This document shows, piece after piece, positions 16,134 through 20,439 of a stretch of 20,439 nt of DNA. Each line of letters opens with the position of its first letter. Positions within the stretch are counted from its first letter, which is position 1. Below the pieces are notes generated by a model. That model saw nothing but the letters and a program-made list of their open reading frames with translations. It had not been told where the DNA came from and ran no database searches. The position numbers and the translations under genes are program-made. Source of the stretch: an uncultured bacterium (GTDB taxonomy: Bacteria; Fidelibacterota; Marinisomatia; Marinisomatales; UBA1611); contig CAZCHA010000022.1 in NCBI GenBank assembly GCA_964498175.1, forward strand, positions 1-20,439. Direction: 5' to 3'.

Positions 16134-17561
16134 TTGCTCAATCATTCCGATACACAAAATACAGTATATGATATAACCAATCAATTGTATTGGGATAAAG
16201 GTTCTCTCTATCAGGAAATGGATCGTATCTATGATGTATGTATTGGCTGCCGCCTTTGTTTTAATCTATGTCCATCTTTTCCATCTTTATTTGATTCTAT
16301 AGATAATGCCGGATCACGGAAGCGTGAGATTGCAGAAGCAGAAGGTCGGGTCGGTAAAGAAGCTGAAAGAAGTGAGTATTTAGATCTCCCAGAAGGTGAG
16401 CATGCATCGAATGCGAGTATAGAAGTAGAGTTTCGCGGTGAAGTATCCGACCTAACTGAAGAAGAACGATGGGAAATCATTGACCTATGTTACCAGTGCA
16501 AATTATGTGATCCCATATGCCCTTATACACCGGGAAAGGATCATGAATTTCAACTAGATTTCCCCAAATTAATAACTCGTGCCCAAGCTATTCGCACAAA
16601 AGAACGGGGAGTTAGAACTAATGATAAATTTTTTGCCAATACTGATTTTACGGGGAAGATTGGATCTATTTTTGGCCCCATATTAAACATTTTTAATCGC
16701 ATTGTTTTTATCCGATACATGATGGAAAAAATCATCGGTATTCATCGGAAACGAATATTACCAAAATTCCAAACCAACACGTTTCAAAAATGGTTTAAAT
16801 CCCATCAATCCAATATTTCTGACCCTATAGATAAAGTAGTCATTTTTGGTACATGTTTTACCAATGCTCATGATGTAAACCTCGGGAAGGGTGCCGTAGA
16901 AATATTAGAGCATAATGGCGTTGAATGTATTTACCCAGATCAACAGTGTTGCGGTGCCCCTTATTTAAGTCCTGGAGATTTTGAAGGATTTAAAAAACAA
17001 GCTTATCCCAATGTGGCTGAATTAAGTAAATGGGTGAAAGATGGATATAAAATTGTTGTTACTGGACCGCCTACATGTAGTTTAACCTTGAAAAAGGAAT
17101 ATCCAGATTATTTGGAAATGAATGAAAAAATAAAATTAATATCAGAAAATACCTTTGATATTTCAGAGTACATGGTTTACCTCCATAAACAAGGAAAACT
17201 CGATACAAATTTCGAAAATGAAATTGGTACAGTGAATTACCATGTGAGTTGTCATTTGAAGGCACAGCAAATGGGATTTAAGGGACGAGATATTTTAAAA
17301 TTGATTCCAAATACAAAAGTGAATCTTATAAATCGATGTTCCGGCATGGATGGTGGATGGGGCATGAAAAGGGAATATTTTGAAGCGTCCATGAAGGTGG
17401 CAGAACGTTGTGTTAATGATATCAATAAGCAAGATGCAGACATTGTTTGTTCTGATTGTAGTTTAGCAAGTCATCAATTAACCCAAGCCAGTGAAGGGGA
17501 TGTGGCACCGAGTCACCCCATTTTAGAATTACATAAAGCGTACGGTTTAAATCAAAATTAA
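16134..17561 (+). CDS. HdrD/GlpC/GlcF-like iron-sulfur protein with two ferredoxin-type clusters and two CCG-type domains
   Basis: 475 aa. Cluster motifs CIGCRLCFNLCP (C36, C39, C42, C46) and CYQCKLCDPICP (C119, C122, C125, C129). CCG domain 1 has QQCCGAPY. Domain 2 has RCSGMDGG and CSDC. TTG start with weak SD aagag 9 nt upstream. The conserved N-terminal segment precedes the first ATG (M29). Confidence 0.8.
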   Translation: MLNHSDTQNTVYDITNQLYWDKGSLYQEMDRIYDVCIGCRLCFNLCPSFPSLFDSIDNAGSRKREIAEAEGRVGKEAERSEYLDLPEGEHASNASIEVEFRGEVSDLTEEERWEIIDLCYQCKLCDPICPYTPGKDHEFQLDFPKLITRAQAIRTKERGVRTNDKFFANTDFTGKIGSIFGPILNIFNRIVFIRYMMEKIIGIHRKRILPKFQTNTFQKWFKSHQSNISDPIDKVVIFGTCFTNAHDVNLGKGAVEILEHNGVECIYPDQQCCGAPYLSPGDFEGFKKQAYPNVAELSKWVKDGYKIVVTGPPTCSLTLKKEYPDYLEMNEKIKLISENTFDISEYMVYLHKQGKLDTNFENEIGTVNYHVSCHLKAQQMGFKGRDILKLIPNTKVNLINRCSGMDGGWGMKREYFEASMKVAERCVNDINKQDADIVCSDCSLASHQLTQASEGDVAPSHPILELHKAYGLNQN

Positions 17562-17569
17562 GGGGAAAA

Positions 17570-18157
17570 ATGAAACCAATTGTAATATCAGATTTAATGA
17601 ACATTATAGAATATGAAAAAGTTCGAAATGATTACCGCAGTGAATTGATGGATTATAAAAAGATGCGCCGTATTTCTCTGGGCCCCAATATTACCATCAC
17701 GTTTGAAAATCGAAAAACAATGAAATTTCAAATTCAGGAAATGATGCGTGCTGAACGTATGGTGCATGATAATCAAATTCAAGAAGAGATAGATGTGTAC
17801 AATTCGTTGCTCCCTTTGGTAAATGGACTGAGTGCAACTTTATTTATTGAAGTGACTGATGAAGCTCAAATTCGACCTGTGTTGAATCAGTTTATTGGAC
17901 TTACAGAAGGCAAAGCGATTTATTTTGAGATTGAAGATCAAAAAATTTATGCTGAATTTGAGACTGGTAGAGAGGAATCAAATAAAATTAGCTCCGTTCA
18001 CTATATTCAATTCAATTTTAATGCTACTGCAAAAGCCGCCTTTTTAGATAATCCCCAATCAGTTAAGCTCATTATTAATTATAAAAATTATAACTATTCA
18101 GAAACAATTAATGAAGGAATGCATAAATCTTGGTCAGAAGATTTAGTTTCTTCCTAA
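17570..18157 (+). CDS. DUF3501-like protein (function unknown)
   Basis: 195 aa. EYEKVRNDYRSELMDYKKMRRISLGPNITITFENRKTMKFQIQEMMRAERM...YNSLLP matches my recollection of the PF12007 pattern. SD aagggga. Starts 8 nt after the Fe-S gene stop. No cysteines. Confidence 0.6.
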   Translation: MKPIVISDLMNIIEYEKVRNDYRSELMDYKKMRRISLGPNITITFENRKTMKFQIQEMMRAERMVHDNQIQEEIDVYNSLLPLVNGLSATLFIEVTDEAQIRPVLNQFIGLTEGKAIYFEIEDQKIYAEFETGREESNKISSVHYIQFNFNATAKAAFLDNPQSVKLIINYKNYNYSETINEGMHKSWSEDLVSS

Positions 18158-18184
18158 TCTTTCTATTTACATTTTATTAAAAAA

Positions 18185-18212
18185 GCCTTCACTTAATAGT
18201 GGATGCTTTTTT
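18185..18212 (+). terminator. Rho-independent terminator after the DUF3501 gene
   Basis: gccttcac / gtggatgc stem (one mismatch, one G-U pair) with a 6-nt loop, followed by tttttt. Confidence 0.5.
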
Positions 18213-18262
18213 AATTCTACCAAATTGGGTTAGTTTTCCGGTCAAATTAATCTAGGAATATA

Positions 18263-19066
18263 ATGAAAATATATATCAGCGCAGATATGGAAGGTATTAC
18301 AGGAGTTACCCATTGGGACGAAGTGGATCACAACAAACCTTCCGTTTACACTCAATTCCAGGCAAAAATGACTCAGGAAGTTGTGGCGGCCTGCGAAGGT
18401 GCCAATGATGCAGGGGCAAAAGAAATTTGGGTAAAAGATGCTCACTATTCTGGTCGAAATATTTTATCAGAAGAACTCCCGGAAAATGTAAAACTCATTC
18501 GAGGCTGGAGTGGCCATCCCTATTCAATGGTTCAGGAACTGGATGAGTCCTTCGATGCATTGATGATGGTGGGCTATCATTCCATGGCAGGAAAGGGAGG
18601 AAACCCCTTGGCTCACACCTTATCATCATCTAAACTGGATTCTGTTTTTATTAACGGGCAGCAAACGTCTGAATTTTTTCTCCATGGTAATATTGCCGCC
18701 AAACATGGGATACCACTGGTTTTTGTTTCTGGAGATGCAGGCCTGTGCGAAGAAGTAAAAGATGTAAGCCCAAATACAGCAACACACGCCACCATGGTTG
18801 GCGTAGGCGATTCAACAATCAACATTCAGCCGGAATTATCAAGAAAAGCGATAAGGGAAAAAGTAAAAGTAACCTTATCAAGTAATCTGAAAAAATGTAT
18901 TTGGACCCATCCTGATTCATTTTCATTGGAAGTTAGATTTATTAAGCAACAACTTGCTTATCGGGCGTCACATTATCCCGGAGCAACACTCGTAGATGCA
19001 AAAACAGTAGCATTTGAAGCAAGCGATTTTGATAATATAATGCGATTCATGCTTTTTACAGTTTAA
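18263..19066 (+). CDS. M55-family metallopeptidase (DppA-type D-aminopeptidase)
   Basis: 267 aa. N-terminal MKIYISADMEGITGV is the M55 signature, and GYHSMAG is present. SD aggaa. Confidence 0.85.
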   Translation: MKIYISADMEGITGVTHWDEVDHNKPSVYTQFQAKMTQEVVAACEGANDAGAKEIWVKDAHYSGRNILSEELPENVKLIRGWSGHPYSMVQELDESFDALMMVGYHSMAGKGGNPLAHTLSSSKLDSVFINGQQTSEFFLHGNIAAKHGIPLVFVSGDAGLCEEVKDVSPNTATHATMVGVGDSTINIQPELSRKAIREKVKVTLSSNLKKCIWTHPDSFSLEVRFIKQQLAYRASHYPGATLVDAKTVAFEASDFDNIMRFMLFTV

Positions 19067-19719
19067 TGTCATTTCAATTTCCAAAACCTGAACCCATTAC
19101 TTTACCAATTCAAGGATCAGACAATAGTTTTCCCGTAAATCACGTTTATTGTGTGGGACGGAATTATGCAGCTCATGCCAGGGAAATGGGCGTGGATGAC
19201 AAAGAACCGCCTCTATTTTTCTCTAAGCCCAATTGGGCTGTAGTGACACCGGGAACCGATATTGATTATCCAGCTGATACAGAGAACCTGAATCATGAAG
19301 TTGAATTGGTAATTGCGGTTGGTGAAAATATGTCAATTTTCGGATTTGGTGTTGGCGTGGATCTCACAAGACGGGATTTACAAACGAAAGCAAAAAACGA
19401 GGGGAAACCCTGGTTCAGAAGTAAATGTTTTGCGGGGAGCGCTCCTGTTTCTGAAATCATTCCTATTGGTGATGGAGCTGATTTTTCTGATTTCAATTTG
19501 ACTTTGGCTGTGAATGGAAAAGTCAAACAAATGGGATCCTGTAATGATATGATCTGGAATCCGGGGGAGATCATGTGCGAGTTGGCAGGAGAAGTACCTT
19601 TGCAGGCAGGTGACCTTATTTTTACCGGCACACCGGAAGGGGTTGGCAAACTGGAAAAAGGGGATGATGTTGTCATTGCTATTCCTGAATTGGTTGAACT
19701 TTCCTTTAAAATTTGTTGA
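19066..19719 (+). CDS. Fumarylacetoacetate hydrolase (FAH) family protein (FAHD1/YcgM-like)
   Basis: 217 aa. VYCVGRNYAAHAREMG, HEVELV, DLTRRD, IFTGTPEGVG. TAATG overlap with the M55 gene. Confidence 0.85.
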   Translation: MSFQFPKPEPITLPIQGSDNSFPVNHVYCVGRNYAAHAREMGVDDKEPPLFFSKPNWAVVTPGTDIDYPADTENLNHEVELVIAVGENMSIFGFGVGVDLTRRDLQTKAKNEGKPWFRSKCFAGSAPVSEIIPIGDGADFSDFNLTLAVNGKVKQMGSCNDMIWNPGEIMCELAGEVPLQAGDLIFTGTPEGVGKLEKGDDVVIAIPELVELSFKIC

Positions 19720-19761
19720 ATTCATGACAATCATTTAATGTACTCTTTGTCTAATCAATCA

Positions 19762-20439
19762 ATGCGCCACTATATATTTTTATTGTTTGTTATTTCATTG
19801 TCTTTTTCCCAGAATCTTCAAATCAGAGTTGTGGGAAAAATGCAAATGGATATCCCTGTTTTTGGACCTTTTAAAATGACATTTGACCAAACCGTTGCAC
19901 CGGGTTTTTTAAAAGCGGAAGAAAAAATTGAAGCAGAACGATTCTATGCTGGTTGGCTCATGAATGGTGAGACCGGGGAGATAATGATTGATGGCACAGA
20001 AAAAATTCTAAAATATGACAAGGATGATGAAGAGTACTGGCTTCAATCTCCTGAAGATTATTTCAAGGAACCAGATACCAGTTCAGATGATACAAAGTCG
20101 GTTTCTTTTTCATTTTCATCCGATGATGAGGATGACACACCGCCGAAGTTCACAAGGACCGGCGGGAAAGAAATTGAATCTATTCATGGTTTCAGGACAA
20201 AAAAATGGATTACGACTATCGCCTTTTCTGAAGAAAAAGTGATGGTTTTTGAAGAATGGTTTGTGGATAAATTGCCATTAATGAGACTTTCCGATTCTTT
20301 GGAGTCTGTAATAAAAACTAAATTTAATCCTGACCAAGATACGGTTGAAATAGAGCAATTTGATTTTTCATCCAATATTTTTATCCGTGAAATGGATTCC
20401 CTGACAACATTAAAACCGATTCCGGGTCATGCCGTAAAA
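19762..20439 (+). CDS. Secreted protein of unknown function, 3'-truncated by the window edge
   Basis: Not in the supplied track because there is no stop codon. I translated frame 1 by hand and it is open for 226 codons to 20439. N-terminal signal-like MRHYIFLLFVISLSFSQ. An acidic low-complexity patch SFSFSSDDEDD is present. An alternative ATG lies at 19738. Confidence 0.55.
   Translation, partial: MRHYIFLLFVISLSFSQNLQIRVVGKMQMDIPVFGPFKMTFDQTVAPGFLKAEEKIEAERFYAGWLMNGETGEIMIDGTEKILKYDKDDEEYWLQSPEDYFKEPDTSSDDTKSVSFSFSSDDEDDTPPKFTRTGGKEIESIHGFRTKKWITTIAFSEEKVMVFEEWFVDKLPLMRLSDSLESVIKTKFNPDQDTVEIEQFDFSSNIFIREMDSLTTLKPIPGHAVK

Noticed and set aside
19293-19734. Two overlapping minus-strand ORFs (127 and 118 aa) antisense to the FAH gene
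   Set aside because: These are shadow ORFs. The plus-strand FAH motifs are unambiguous across this interval.
1-20439. Mobile elements, CRISPR arrays, toxin-antitoxin or phage-defence genes, tRNA/rRNA genes
   Set aside because: I looked for long direct or inverted repeats, spacer-repeat periodicity, transposase, integrase or nuclease-like ORFs, and cloverleaf-sized intergenic segments. I found none. The intergenic regions are short, at most about 190 nt, and are explained by terminators, promoters and one leader.

Overview
AT-rich bacterial chromosomal window, by eye roughly 40% GC. It is almost fully coding: 22 CDS, 21 on the + strand and 1 on the - strand. I saw no tRNA or rRNA, CRISPR array, transposase or integrase, or recognisable defence genes. 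Block 1 (9-10888) starts with a large Tat-less molybdopterin (MopB) oxidoreductase. A tightly overlapped molybdenum-cofactor operon follows: moaA, moaC-moaB/mogA fusion, a TauE/SafE (TSUP) permease, moeA, rhodanese-moeB, moaD and moaE. Block 1 ends with a DASS/SLC13 permease translationally coupled to a tandem universal stress protein. Block 2 (10929-14918) holds a membrane-anchored FMN glutamate-synthase-like protein, a Cys-free PuuD-N-like membrane protein, and an HPP/EamA transporter pair. Block 3 (14952-18157) has a Cys/His-rich 65-aa mini-protein transcribed divergently from a PerR-like Fur regulator. That regulator is followed by a rubredoxin-less rubrerythrin, an HdrD/GlpC-like CCG iron-sulfur protein and a DUF3501-like protein. 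Block 4 (18263-20439) holds an M55 peptidase coupled to a FAH-family hydrolase, then a 3'-truncated secreted protein of unknown function. The best candidate for an undescribed system is the PerR / erythrin / HdrD-like / DUF3501 module together with the mini-metalloprotein. The next most interesting features are in the Moco operon: the embedded TSUP permease, the N-terminal-rhodanese MoeB that lacks the zinc cysteines, a possible Moco riboswitch leader, and the adjacent oxyanion-type permease. All family calls rest on motifs read by eye and on remembered family signatures. No database search was run.
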